DNA of 63,858 nt, filler included, from Octopus bimaculoides (taxonomy: Eukaryota): the NCBI RefSeq assembly GCF_001194135.2. It is 6 parts of 6 records of this genome, joined end to end, with 100 filler letters (N's around TTAATTAATTAA, not from the genome) between each part and the next. Parts side by side here need not be neighbours in the genome. Positions count along the whole stretch, not along the records: positions 1 to 23,314 come from NC_068986.1; 5 more parts are not named here. One strand, written 5' to 3'. Below, one piece after another: positions 10,564 through 21,747 of this stretch. The notes beneath the pieces were generated by a model that was not told the DNA's origin, did no database searches, and saw nothing but the letters and a program-made list of their open reading frames with translations. The stretch's first letter is position 1. Each line of letters opens with the position of its first letter. Made by a program: the position numbers and the translations under genes.

Positions 10564-11589
10564 GACCCTTTTCTGACCTCTTCTACTCCATCTAGAATAG
10601 AGATAAACAAGCTAAATCCTTTGCACTCACTGCCCTGCTTCATGGCTATATAAACAGGACACTCCAAGGAAACTTCCTCTTTCTCTTTCTAGTGACCAGT
10701 GGTCATTTGACATCTCATGGAGAATGATGCCTGGCTGATCAGCTACAACTTGGCAGAGGGAGAAATAACTTTACTGTCAGCCACTGTCAGGCAATGTCGC
10801 CCACATTATAACCCTACCATCTCTGCCTCTATACAATTACTGCTATGAAAAGGGTACATACAGATACAGGCCTAAATCCCTAACCTTGCATGTTTTATAT
10901 GCTATTGCACTGGCCTACCCGTCGTGGTAAGGCAACAGAATGTAACGGCAAAAATAAATATTTTCTTATAAAAAATTATCTTCATCGTTCAATCTTATAA
11001 CCGTTACAAGTCTGTCACAGGGTGCCCTATATGTAGCTGAATGAACTGGAGCAACATAAAATGATTATACTCAAGAACACAACACACCACCAGTCTGGGG
11101 ATGGAAACTATGATCTTGCAATTATGAATACAACATTCCTAACCACTAAGCTACATGTCTTCATTATTACAGACACATACTACAAGTATATAACCTTGTC
11201 TATAAACAAGGTCATATAAGTATTAGTAAAGTACGTTTGCTACACAAGGTCACATAAATGGTGATAAAACATATAAACAGCAATAAAGTACAGTGTCCAT
11301 AAATTACCTTTACAATTCAAAAATTCTGAGAAAAAAAAAACGAAAAATAAGGATAACTAAGCAGAGTTTATTGGCAAACAAACCTTTATTAGAAACATCA
11401 GAACACTTCCACATGAGCCCTATTGGTTGCATGCAAAACATATAGACGATAACAATACAATAAACTGTGGAAGTAGTAAAGATAATTTATGAACACCTTG
11501 TATATTACAGACTCACACTGAATCTATCTATGACCTTAAGCAAGGTCATAGACTGATTTATAAAAAAAATAAATAAAATACCAACCTAC

Positions 11590-11655
11590 CTATTCACCAT
11601 ACTTGTTTTACCAATTGAAATATCTCCAACAATCACGGCTTTTGAGATGCGAAGA
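11590..11655 (-). CDS. RAB36: Rab34/Rab36-family GTPase, coding exon 3: (S)LRISKAVIVGDISIGKTSMVN(R)
   Basis: 66 nt; acceptor ttcttcttccaatgaaag, donor GTAGGT; P-loop GDISIGKT; phase 2/2. Confidence 0.96.
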
Positions 11656-12074
11656 CTTTCATTGGAAGAAGAAAAAATATGATATATTTGATAAAAATAA
11701 ACATCAAGAAAATTGTTCGATTAATAAGAGACATTTCTAGGGATTACTATTATTATTGATTTTGTTTCATTAGACAGGACAGCAATTTTTGTACTGAAAG
11801 TGATGGTCTACATAACTAACTATAATATATTATTATATTGTAGATTTTATTTTTTATATCACATTTTGTGAACATAGGTGTTGTGGGTTATAGGTTTCTA
11901 ACAGGCCAATCACTGCATCCTATGATGGTGAGAGTAACAGGAGACTAGCAGTGCAACTTGGGTGGAAGAAATATCACACAAGGCACTTTTGTCTGAAAGT
12001 ACCAGCTTCACAGTTTTTTCATCAATAATTATAAATAAAAAAAGTATACAAATACATACATACACACACACACA

Positions 12075-12116
<42 letters not shown>

Positions 12117-12199
12117 NNNNNNNNNNNNNNNNNNNNNNNNNNNNNNNNNNNNNNNNNNNNNNNNNNNNNNNNNNNNNNNNNNNNNNNNNNNNNNNNNNN

Positions 12200-12238
<39 letters not shown>

Positions 12239-12387
12239 TATATAGACATAGAAGTGTTCTGTGTAATAAGAAGCTTGCTTCTCAACCACATGATTCTCAA
12301 TTCAGTCCCAGCAACTCAGCGCTGAATCTGTCTGAAAATAGGTCAGTTTCAAAACACTGATGTCCAGGATACAAAAGCAAAGAAACC

Positions 12388-12540
12388 AGTACATGACTGG
12401 TACTTATTTTACTGACCCAAAAGAATGAAAGGCAAAGTTGACTTTGGTCAACCAATCTGAACTGAGAATGCAAAAGCCACAAGAAATGCCACTAAGCATT
12501 TTGTCCAGCATGGTAACAATTCTGCCAGTTTGCTGCCTTG
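12388..12540 (-). mobile_element. SINE family A, degraded
   Basis: gactggtacttattt...gaaaggcaaagttgac...cactaagcattttgtccagc. Confidence 0.7.
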
Positions 12541-12641
12541 CACCTAACTCTTTCATTATTTTAAATAATTAATTGAACAAAGTGTATATCAAAAGATATA
12601 CAGTAGTGACAAAAGAGTTAAACCAGTTAGATTATTTAGAG

Positions 12642-12984
12642 CAGGGGTTCACAACCATTTTTTTGTCTAGTGATCCCTTTGATTACTATTTTGTTCTGGC
12701 GGACCCCCAAGGTCATTCAATGTTTAAAAACTAGTTTTATAGAAACTTCTTTCAAAATTCCTATTTTGCTTTTCACACATTAACTTGTGTAGGTTGATTT
12801 ACGTAAAATGTTAGAGAAAGAAACCTAGCTGTTTCTTGCAATACATACATCTAAAGCAAGATCATTTTTATCATTTACCCTTTCAATACTACTGTGGACC
12901 CAATTTACTGTTTTGCTGCATAGACCCTCCAAAACTCTTCTGTGGACCCTTAGGAGCCATATGGAACACAGTTGAGAACCCCTG
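12642..12984. mobile_element. hAT (Charlie-like) MITE
   Basis: TIR caggggttcacaac / gttgagaacccctg; 8-bp TSD atttagag / atttagaa. Confidence 0.88.
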
Positions 12985-13039
12985 ATTTAGAATAAAACCT
13001 CAGAAAATTTAGATCAATTTACACGGAACAATTAGTTAC

Positions 13040-13131
13040 CTAACACGACCAGTTTTGTTCTCCAAACAAGCATTCTTTACTTTGGGGTGAAAGTTCGTTT
13101 GATGGTATGGTGTACCATCAGGATGGAAAGC
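13040..13131 (-). CDS. RAB36: Rab34/Rab36-family GTPase, coding exon 2: AFHPDGTPYHQTNFHPKVKNACLENKTGRV(S)
   Basis: 92 nt; acceptor tttttctag, donor GTAACT; FHPKV..AC...TG matches the Rab34/36 N-terminal extension; phase 0/2. Confidence 0.93.
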
Positions 13132-13375
13132 CTAGAAAAATACAAGAATAAAAAAAAAAACATTTTATAAGAGAAGAGAATCTGAACGACAGCTTTATCA
13201 TTTCTTAATTGGTTATGAGATTACTAGCATCACAGTTACCAGAAGTATTCTTATCACCATGCACAACTACTATCAATACCCATATCATTACAGCTAACGA
13301 CTGATATCTTCACTGTCATCATCATAACAGTCAGAAATATCTTCAACACACTTGTTGCCAATATTAACAGCAATA

Positions 13376-13535
13376 ACAAGGTGGTGAGTTGGCAGAAATG
13401 CTTAGTGGTATTTCACTTGACTTTGCCTTTCATCCTTTCAGGGTCGATAAAGTAAGTACCAGTTGAGCACTGGGGTTGATCTAATTGACTTACCTCACTG
13501 CCCCAAAATCGCTGGTCTTGTGTCAAAATTACAAA
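13376..13535 (+). mobile_element. SINE family A with target-site duplication
   Basis: ccaatattaacagcaata at 13358-13375 and 13536-13553. Confidence 0.85.
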
Positions 13536-13823
13536 CCAATATTAACAGCAATATCATCATTATCATTATCAATGTCATACCACCAGCAATATCTATGGCA
13601 TCATAGCAACTAGTGATAACTTCAACATCATAATGATCAATATTATTAGAGCTCATGATATTTTTATCTTCATATCAACCAGCAGCAGCAGCAGCAGAAA
13701 CAGCAGCAACATTGTCACCAACGTCACCCTCATCGCAGCCACCAGGGATATCCTTAGCATCATAGCAACCAATATCTTCGTCATCAGAGCTTTTAGCAAT
13801 ATCCTCCTCAACACTTCTACTAT

Positions 13824-14554
13824 TCTCTTTTACTTGTTTCAGTCATTTGACTGTGGCCATGCTGGAGCACCGCCTTTAGTCGAGCAAATCGACCCCAGGA
13901 CTTATTCTTTGGAAGCCTAGTACTTATTCTATCGGTGTCTTTTGCCGAACCGCTAAGTTACGGGGACGTAAATACACCAGCATCGGTTGTCAAGCGATGT
14001 TGGGGGCACAAACACAGACACACAAACATATACACACACATACATATATATATGTATATATATATATATATATATNNNNNNNNNNNNNNNNNNNNNNNNN
14101 NNNNNNNNNNNNNNNNNNNNNNNNNNNNNNNNNNNNNNNNNNNNNNNNNNNNNNNNNNNNNNNNNNNNNNNNNNNNNNNNNNNNNNNNNNNNNNNNNNNN
14201 NNNNNNNNNNNNNNNNNNNNNNNNNNNNNNNNNNNNNNNNNNNNNNNNNNNNNNNNNNNNNNNNNNNNNNNNNNNNNNNNNNNNNNNNNNNNNNNNNNNN
14301 NNNNNNNNNNNNNNNNNNNNNNNNNNNNNNNNNNNNNNNNNNNNNNNNNNNNNNNNNNNNNNNNNNNNNNNNNNNNNNATACATATATACGACGGGTTTC
14401 TCTCAGTTTCCGTATACCAGATCCACTCACAAGGCTTTGGTCGGCCCGAGGTTATAGTAGAAGAAACTTGCCCAACGTGTCACGCAGTGGGACTGAACCC
14501 AGAACCATGTTGTTGGTAAGCAAGCTGCTTACCACAACAGCCACTCCTGCGCCT
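13824..14554 (-). mobile_element. SINE family C, full length, central microsatellite gapped
   Basis: Head aggcgcaggagtggctgttgtgg, B-box-like GGGTTCAGTCCC. Confidence 0.88.
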
Positions 14555-14752
14555 ATTACAAAATATGTCACTGCAACTTCTCCTATGTCCATACGTTTTC
14601 TGATAAACACAGAAGCAAAGTAGTATAAGGTGAACATCAACTGTATTGACCAATATAAGGGATTCTGCAAAGGCTATGCACATGGTCTTTCTTTCCAAGA
14701 CTAAGTAAAGTTGTAGAGGAATCAGAAATTGTGTCCAGTTGCATACAAATGT

Positions 14753-14960
14753 ATAACAATCGTCTCACACATACAAGCATGCTATAATAATCATCTCACA
14801 CATACAAACATGGTACAAGTATGGTATAACATCCATATCAAACATCCAAGCATAGTATAATAGTTATGGTATAACAATGATTTCACACATTTAAACACAG
14901 TACAACCATCTCACACATACAGGCATGATATAGCAACTGTCTCACACATACAATTAAACA
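14753..14960. repeat. degenerate ~30-35-bp minisatellite
   Basis: Recurring ataacaat-catctcacacatacaagcat units. Confidence 0.65.
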
Positions 14961-14984
14961 TAGAACAATGACCATCTCATCATT

Positions 14985-15440
14985 ATCATCATCATCACTT
15001 AATGTCCGTTTTCCATGCTGGCATGGGTTGGACAGCTTGGCAAGAGCTGGTAAGGCTGGGGGCCATATCAGGTTCCATAGTCTGTTTTGGCTTGGTTTCT
15101 ACAGCTGGAGGCCCTTCCTAATGCCAACCACTATATAGAGTGTATTGGGTGCCTTTTACATGGAACCATCACCAATGCTTTTTACATGGTACGAGCACCA
15201 ATGCTTTTTATGAGGCACCAGCACCAGTGCTCTTTATGCAGCACCATCACCAGCGCTTTTTATGCGGCACCATCACTAGTACTTTTTATGTGACTCGCAT
15301 CAGTGCTTTTTATGACACCATCACCAGTGCTTTTTACATGGCACCAGCACCAGTGCTTTTTATGTAGCACCAGCACCAGTGCTTTTATGTAACACCAGCA
15401 CCAGTGCTTTTTATATAGCACTAGCAGAGGCACCAGGCGT
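14985..15440 (-). mobile_element. family B repeat with expanded internal minisatellite
   Basis: Family 3' end, then roughly ten ~23-nt caccagtgctttttatgtggcac-like units. Confidence 0.8.
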
Positions 15441-16396
15441 TGCTCGGGAATGAAATTGTTGCTTATATACTTGAAGAAAAAAAAGGCAAAATATGCTGTA
15501 TAGAAATTTGAGGACATTCTGTAGATGGACTCTCAGATGAATGATGGCTGGGCGCCTCTCATGAATGGGGAAAATTGAAGATGTGCCAAAAAGCCTCATT
15601 GGTACTTGGAAACTTTTACGAAAATTAAAATGGGGATTAAATGAAAAAAATGATTTACGTGAATATCCTCACAAGAGTAATTGAAATAAATGGCGATTGT
15701 GGAACCCCCCACGCACACACGTGCATGCGCATACACATGTGTGTCTTTGTAAATATGTTTGTATACATTTATGTATGTGTGTGTTTGTAAGAGACAGAGT
15801 GTGAGTGAGAGAGAGAGGTTTGTTGTCATGTATACGTACATGCATAAATATACANNNNNNNNNNNNNNNNNNNNNNNNNNNNNNNNNNNNNNNNNNNNNN
15901 NNNNNNNNNNNNNNNNNNNNNNNNNNNNNNNNNNNNNNNNNNNNNNNNNNNNNNNNNNNNNNNNNNNNNNNNNNNNNNNNNNNNNNNNNNNNNNNNNNNN
16001 NNNNNNNNNNNNNNNNNNNNNNNNNNNNNNNNNNNNNNNNNNNNNNNNNNNNNNNNNNNNNNNNNNNNNNNNNNNNNNNNNNNNNNNNNNNNNNNNNNNN
16101 NNNNNNNNNNNNNNNNNNNNNNNNNNNNNNNNNNNNNNNNNNNNNNNNNNNNNNNNNNNNNNNNNNNNNNNNNNNNNNNNNNNNNNNNNNNNNNNNNNNN
16201 NNNNNNNNNNNNNNNNNNNNNNNNNNNNNNNNNNNNNNNNNNNNNNNNNNNNNNNNNNNNNNNNNNNNNNNNNNNNNNNNNNNNNNNNNNNNNNNNNNNN
16301 NNNNNNNNNNNNNNNNNNNNNNNNGGAAGTTGACATTGAGGAACCTTTTAAAGAAGTGAATCTTAAATATAAAGCAATATTATTTATTTTTAATTA

Positions 16397-16652
16397 AAAA
16401 AATCAAATGAAGAGCCTAACATTTATCCGAGGTTAAATTATTCATGCATCACAAGTATGGAAGCATTTGGTGAAGTCGATTTCACGTGAAAAGCGATTAC
16501 ACACACATTTCTGTTTTATATAAATTTAAAAAATCAAATGAAGAGCCTAACATTTATCCGAGGTCAAATTATTCATGCATCACAAGTATGGAAGCATTTG
16601 GTGAAGTCGATTTCATGTGAAAAGCGATTACACACACATCTCTGTTTTATAT
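16397..16652. repeat. near-perfect tandem duplication, period 131 bp
   Basis: tcaaatgaagagcc at 16403 and 16534; about 3 substitutions. Confidence 0.92.
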
Positions 16653-16788
16653 ATAGTATAGAAGATAGATAAGGACCAGTGCTTTTTATGTGGCACCAGC
16701 ATCAGTGCTTTTTTTATGTAGCACCACATATGTGTAAAAATGAAATAAATCTGTGAAAAACAAAAAGAAAATCAAAAAGTTAACTTAC

Positions 16789-16863
16789 AGGTGGAAATTT
16801 GCTGATGACTCTGTCTTTTGCTGCATTCGGAGTGATCAAGATCCTAACGTTGTTGTGAGGCAT
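16789..16863 (-). CDS. RAB36: Rab34/Rab36-family GTPase, first coding exon: MPHNNVRILITPNAAKDRVISKFPP
   Basis: ATG at 16863 in accATG context with an in-frame TGA 9 nt upstream; DRVISKFP matches the Rab34/36 N-terminus; donor GTAAGT; phase 0. Confidence 0.92.
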
Positions 16864-16904
16864 GGTTATTCAACTACAGCAGGAACTGTTATCACTAGTA
16901 TCAC
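16864..16904 (-). other. RAB36: 5' UTR portion of the ATG-bearing exon
   Basis: Acceptor ttgtttcacattttag ends at 16905, implying an upstream non-coding exon. Confidence 0.7.
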
Positions 16905-16952
16905 CTAAAATGTGAAACAATACTTTATTACAAAACTTTTATTATTATGGAG

Positions 16953-17336
16953 CTCGTGGCACGTAAATAGCACCATTTGAGCGTGATCGTTACCAACGTC
17001 GCCTTCCTGGCACTTGTGCTGGTGGCACGTGAAAAGACATTCGAGCGAGATCGTTGCCAGTGTCCCTGGACTGGCTCTTGTGCATGTGGCACATAAAATA
17101 CACCATTTCGAGCGTGGCCGTTGCCAGTACCCGCCTGACTGGCCTTCGTGCCGGTGGCACGTAAAAGCACCCACTACACTCTCGGAGTGGTTGGCGTTAG
17201 GAAGGACATCCAGCTGTAGAAACTCTGCCAAATCAGATTGGAGCCTGGTGTAGCCATCTGGTTCACCAGTCCTCAGTCAAATCGTCCAACCCATGCTAGC
17301 ATGGAAAGCGGACGTTAAACGATGATGATGATGATG
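16953..17336 (+). mobile_element. family B repeat (young), V-domain-like core and (GAT)n tail
   Basis: tggcgttaggaaggacatccagctgtagaaac resembles the V-SINE domain (recalled, unverified); the tail resembles RTE-type 3' ends. Confidence 0.88.
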
Positions 17337-17539
17337 AACAGCAGATAGCAGATTCAGTGGAATGTTGGACTCAGTGCCTTGTAGTATTTAGTAACAACGT
17401 TTTACATTCTGTATCCAACTCCTGCTGCTGTTGATTTTTTTTTTTTTTCTTCTGAGGTCAATAAAATAAAGGGCCAGTTAGATAGAAGTACAACATAACT
17501 GATCAAGGAGTCCCTTCTCCAAATGTATAGCTTTGTACA

Positions 17540-17705
17540 TCATCATCATTTAATGTCCATTTTCCATGCTGGGATGGGTTGGACAATTTGACACAATCTG
17601 ATGAGCCACAAGGCAGTGTTGGGCTCCAATGTTGGCTTTGTCATGGTTTCTACAGCTGGATGCCCTTCCCAGTGCCAAAGACATCAGCACTTGTGAGGTC
17701 AACTA
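17540..17705 (-). mobile_element. family B repeat, degraded 3' part
   Basis: catcatcatttaatgtccattttccatgctgg...cagctggatgcccttcc. Confidence 0.7.
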
Positions 17706-19238
17706 ACTTGTGAAACAAAGAAAGGAAAAGAAAAGAGAAAGATCCGGCACCTGAGTGGGATTGTATTTGAGAGAAGAAGAGATGGCTTTATGCCAGGTGT
17801 AGGCAGCTAAAGTATAATAGAGGAATAAGTACTAGTGCCTTACTATAGAGGAGATACATGGCTATCCTACAATATATACAACTGAGAGAGAGTAGCTGGA
17901 AGCAAGATAAATGACAGAATACTAGAGAATATGCTCAAAGTACAAAAAAGAGAGTGTGAGGCAGAATACAGACACAAGATCAGCGGGAAGGAAAGGGTGG
18001 GTTATTTCATATGAGCATGAAAAGAAAATGACAGATGGTCTAGAGGAGGATGTAGTGAGTAATGAGCAAGGATAGAAGTGTGGTTGATGGTAAATATCAG
18101 AATGGAGAGAGAGATGAGAGACATAGAAGTAATTCAGGAAGGAGGAGGTGACGAGAGTTGGCAGAGGAAGAGTGGAGACCAAGCTGTCCATGGTTCACTA
18201 CTTTAACGATACAAGGTGGTGAATCTAAAGTCGTTAGGGCATCAGCCTGAATGCCCCATAATACTTGTTCTGTCTCTCAGCATTCTGAGTTAAAATCGTA
18301 CTAGGGTCAACTTTTATCTTTCATTTTTTTTTTTTGCGTGGGGGGGGGGATAAAATAAGCACTAATCCAAGGTGCTGGATTAGTGGAAATGTAAGAATGT
18401 CAGACTGGATGTTTTGCAGTATTTGTCCAGGTTCTTTGCATTCTCAATTCAAATTCCACCTTGTCCTATTTGAGCAGTAAACTTAATTTGTCATCCAGTT
18501 TAACACTTGTCTCCCACCCATCCCCCTCACCACTTTGGGTGCCTTTAGTGACTCCACTCTGTTTACAAGCATTCAGACTAGGTTTCCAGTCTTCCAGCCA
18601 TCCCCTCAGCACCTTTAGCGACTCCACTCTGACTAGGTTTCAGACTAGGCTTCCCTCCCTCCCATTAGACATGAAGGATCTGTAAAGGTTATTGAGTACT
18701 ACCTTCATTCCTGACTAAATGAAAAAAAAAAAGATAGAAAGATGAAGAAATGAATTGAAGTCTTCTATTTCAAGATCATAGGTTAAGGGAGTTTTGATTA
18801 CTATTTCTAGTAGATATAAATGACAGCCTTCTGCACAGTTTCCAAATACCGAATTCTATCACAAGGCATTGGTCAGCCCAAGGCTATAAGTAGAAGACAT
18901 ATTTGTTCATGGTGCCACACAGTGGAACTGAACCCAAAACCTCATGGTTGCAAAGCAAGCTTCTTAACCACACAACCATGCTTGTACCTTAGTGTTTGAT
19001 TTTATTTGGCTAAACACAACAGTTAACTGACACTGAAGAGTTTTCAACTTTTCAACTACTACTATTACTGCTGCTGCTGCCACCAGCACTTCCACTACTG
19101 CAGCTGCTGCTTTATTAAGCAGTAAAACAGAGTAGTAGTAGTTTAGCCGCAAGTCAATCCTAGTTGAGCAGACCTACAATCAAAAGAGGTTACTGTAATG
19201 ATCATCAGTCTTCTACCAACCATTCCATATCTAGGACC

Positions 19239-19641
19239 TAAGGATACATTATATAGTGTGTCCTTCCTTTTTCAAAATGGCTGAGAGTAATTTGAAAAAG
19301 ATTGACTGTTATTTCTACCAGGTCAAGCAGCCATGTAAAGGTACTTTACATGGCTGTGACAAAGTAATTATTTTAAAATCATTTTGTTTGTACTAGCAGA
19401 GATTCCTACTTGTTACCTACCTAAACGACATAGTAATTATTTAAGGCTACATTATATAATATGTCATTCCTTTTCCAAAATGGTCATAATTTGAAAGAGA
19501 GTTGAGTGTTATTTCTAGCAGGTCAAGCAGCCTTGTAAATGTACCCGTGTTGGCTTGTGACAGATTAATTATTTTAAGACCATTGAAGTTTGTGCTAGCA
19601 GAGATTCCTGCCTGTTACCTAATTTAATGACATAGTAATTA
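19239..19641. repeat. diverged tandem duplication, period about 203 bp
   Basis: taaggatacattatat (19239) vs taaggctacattatat (19442); shared caggtcaagcagcc and ctagcagagattcct. Confidence 0.85.
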
Positions 19642-19863
19642 ATTAATTAAGTTAGGTGGTGTAACAGACAGGAAATTATACCAAGACAAACAACAATACA
19701 TATTGTCTTCATATTATCAACGACCATGGAAAGCACATGATGTGTTTCTGGAAAACACAATGCTTGTCCAAAATCACCGAATGATAAAAGCTTTCACTCA
19801 TGACACACCTGTTCACATGACTACAGTATTTCAACAGGTGTTAATGGTAGTGAAAGCATAATT

Positions 19864-20067
19864 AAAGTGGCGAGCTGGCAGAATTGGTAGCATAATAGGC
19901 AAAATGCTTAGTGACATTTCATCCATCGTTACATTCTGAGTTCAAATTTCACCGAGATCAGCTTTGCCCTTCATCCTTTCAGGGTTGATAAAATAAGTAC
20001 CAGCTGAGCACTGGGGTCGATGTAATTGACTAACCTAACCTCCTCCAAAATTGATGGCCTTGTGCCC
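19864..20067 (+). mobile_element. SINE family A
   Basis: Head aaagtggcgagctggcagaa, B-box-like gagttcaaatt. Confidence 0.85.
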
Positions 20068-20284
20068 GAGACCTCTGGAGATATGCTGTGATTGAGAAAA
20101 CCCAGCAAGGAAAGTGAGATCACACCCATAGCCTACACCAGTGTTGCATAATCAGCCCATTTAAAAGGTACCTTTGAATCGTCGGGTGACATTCTGTGCT
20201 CGAGGAGACCTATTGAGTCAAGTAAATCAAAATCAAATCAAATCACAATCAAATGGAAATTGTAGTTGTGGCCATTATCAGTGT

Positions 20285-20606
20285 TGGTGGCATGCAATAA
20301 ACACCATTCATGCATGGGTCACTACCAGAACTGCTTAACCGGCTCTCTGTGCTGCTGCCACGTAAAAAACACCATCTGAACGTGGCTGATGCCAGCCTCC
20401 CCTCCCCCACCGTCTCGACTGGCTCCTGTGCCGGTGGCACATAAAAAGCACCTACTACATTCTCAGAGTGGTTAGCGTTAGGAAGGGCATCCAGCTGTAG
20501 AAACATTGCCAGATCAGATTGGAGCCTGGTGTAGCCCACTAGCTTGCCAGTCCCTAGTCAAACCGTCCAACCCATGCTAGCATTGGAAACTGACGCTAAA
20601 CAAATG
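20285..20606 (+). mobile_element. family B repeat
   Basis: gcgttaggaagggcatccagctgtagaaac and family 3' end. Confidence 0.8.
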
Positions 20607-20609
20607 AAC

Positions 20610-20897
20610 AAAGAGCAGTGAGCTGGCANNNNNNNNNNNNNNNNNNNNNNNNNNNNNNNNNNNNNNNNNNNNNNNNNNNNNNNNNNNNNNNNNNNNNAAT
20701 CATTAGCATGCCAGGTAAAATGCTTAGCAGCATTCCAGCTGTCTTTATGTTCTGAGTTCAAATTTCACCAAGGTCAACTTTGCATTTCATCCTTTCAGGG
20801 TTGATAAAATAAGTATCAGTTGAGCACTGGGATCAATGTAATTGACTTACCCACTCACCCAAAATTGCTGGCCTTGTGCCAGAATTTGAAACCAATA
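20610..20897 (+). mobile_element. SINE family A spanning a 69-N gap
   Basis: gagctggca[N]aatcattagc; other copies have a single G at this position. Confidence 0.75.
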
Positions 20898-21189
20898 TGT
20901 GATAGCATAATTGAAACACTCGTTGATAATGATAATCCTTGCTTTTGTTTAGGATAAAAAAAGGATTAAGCTCCTTCTCAAGTCATATTGACTCATAGGC
21001 CCAGTTTCCCCGGTTTCCTTGGCACATACATTTCCCCACATGACAACAATCTCCTACAAGATTACACATTTTTACGAGCTGAGTGGACTAGAACAATGTG
21101 AAATGAAGTGTTTTGCTCAAGAACACAATGCATCATTCGGTCCAGGAATCGAAACCACAATCTTACAATCATGAGTTCAACACCATTCT

Positions 21190-21747
21190 GCACAGTGGTT
21201 GGATAGAGACGAAGTGCCAAAACACAATGCAAAAAAAAAGCTAGTGGTGTCTGTTTGGTGGTCCAGTGCTGGCGTCATCTACTACAGTTTCATGAGACCT
21301 GGTAAGTCAATTACAGTAGATGTATACATCAACCAATTGGATGAAATGATGAGTGAACTTGCAATTAAACAACCAAGAATGGTCAATAGAGATAGGCCAA
21401 TTCTCTTGCAAAACAATGCTTGACCACATGTTGCACAAAGAATGCTACTAAAGTTACAGGAACTGAACTTGGAAGTACTCTGTCATCCACCATATTCACC
21501 AGACTTTGCACCAACTGACTATCATCTTCTCCAGGCATTAGACAACTTTATGCAAGAAAAAAACTTCAAATCTGAAGAAGATGCAAAAACAGCCTTTTGT
21601 GATTTCATAAATAAGCTACCGATAAAATGGCAAAATTGTGTTGATAATTTAGGTGCATACTTTGATTAACTACATTGCTTTTTGTTGAGATAAAGTAAAA
21701 TAAACTTTCAGTTTAAAATTGGATATTTCATTCTTAATGACCTGATA
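21190..21747 (+). mobile_element. mariner transposase pseudogene, 3' half (Hsmar1/cecropia-like)
   Basis: KKLVVSVWWSSAGVIYYSF..PG.SIT; PILLQNNA*PH; HPPYSPDFAPTDYHL; KWQNCVDNLGAYFD*; ends gacctgaTA. Confidence 0.93.

Noticed and set aside
15180-15425. CRISPR-like regularly repeated ~23-nt units
   Set aside because: Head-to-tail degenerate minisatellite inside a family B repeat; no unique spacers and no cas genes; eukaryotic context.
19639-19650. TTAATTAATTAA outside a gap
   Set aside because: No flanking Ns, and it derives from the end of the local tandem unit (acatagtaatta); treated as natural AT-rich sequence.
20629-20697. 69-nt unknown insertion in a family A SINE
   Set aside because: The flanks join to consensus with a single missing G; most likely an overestimated gap.
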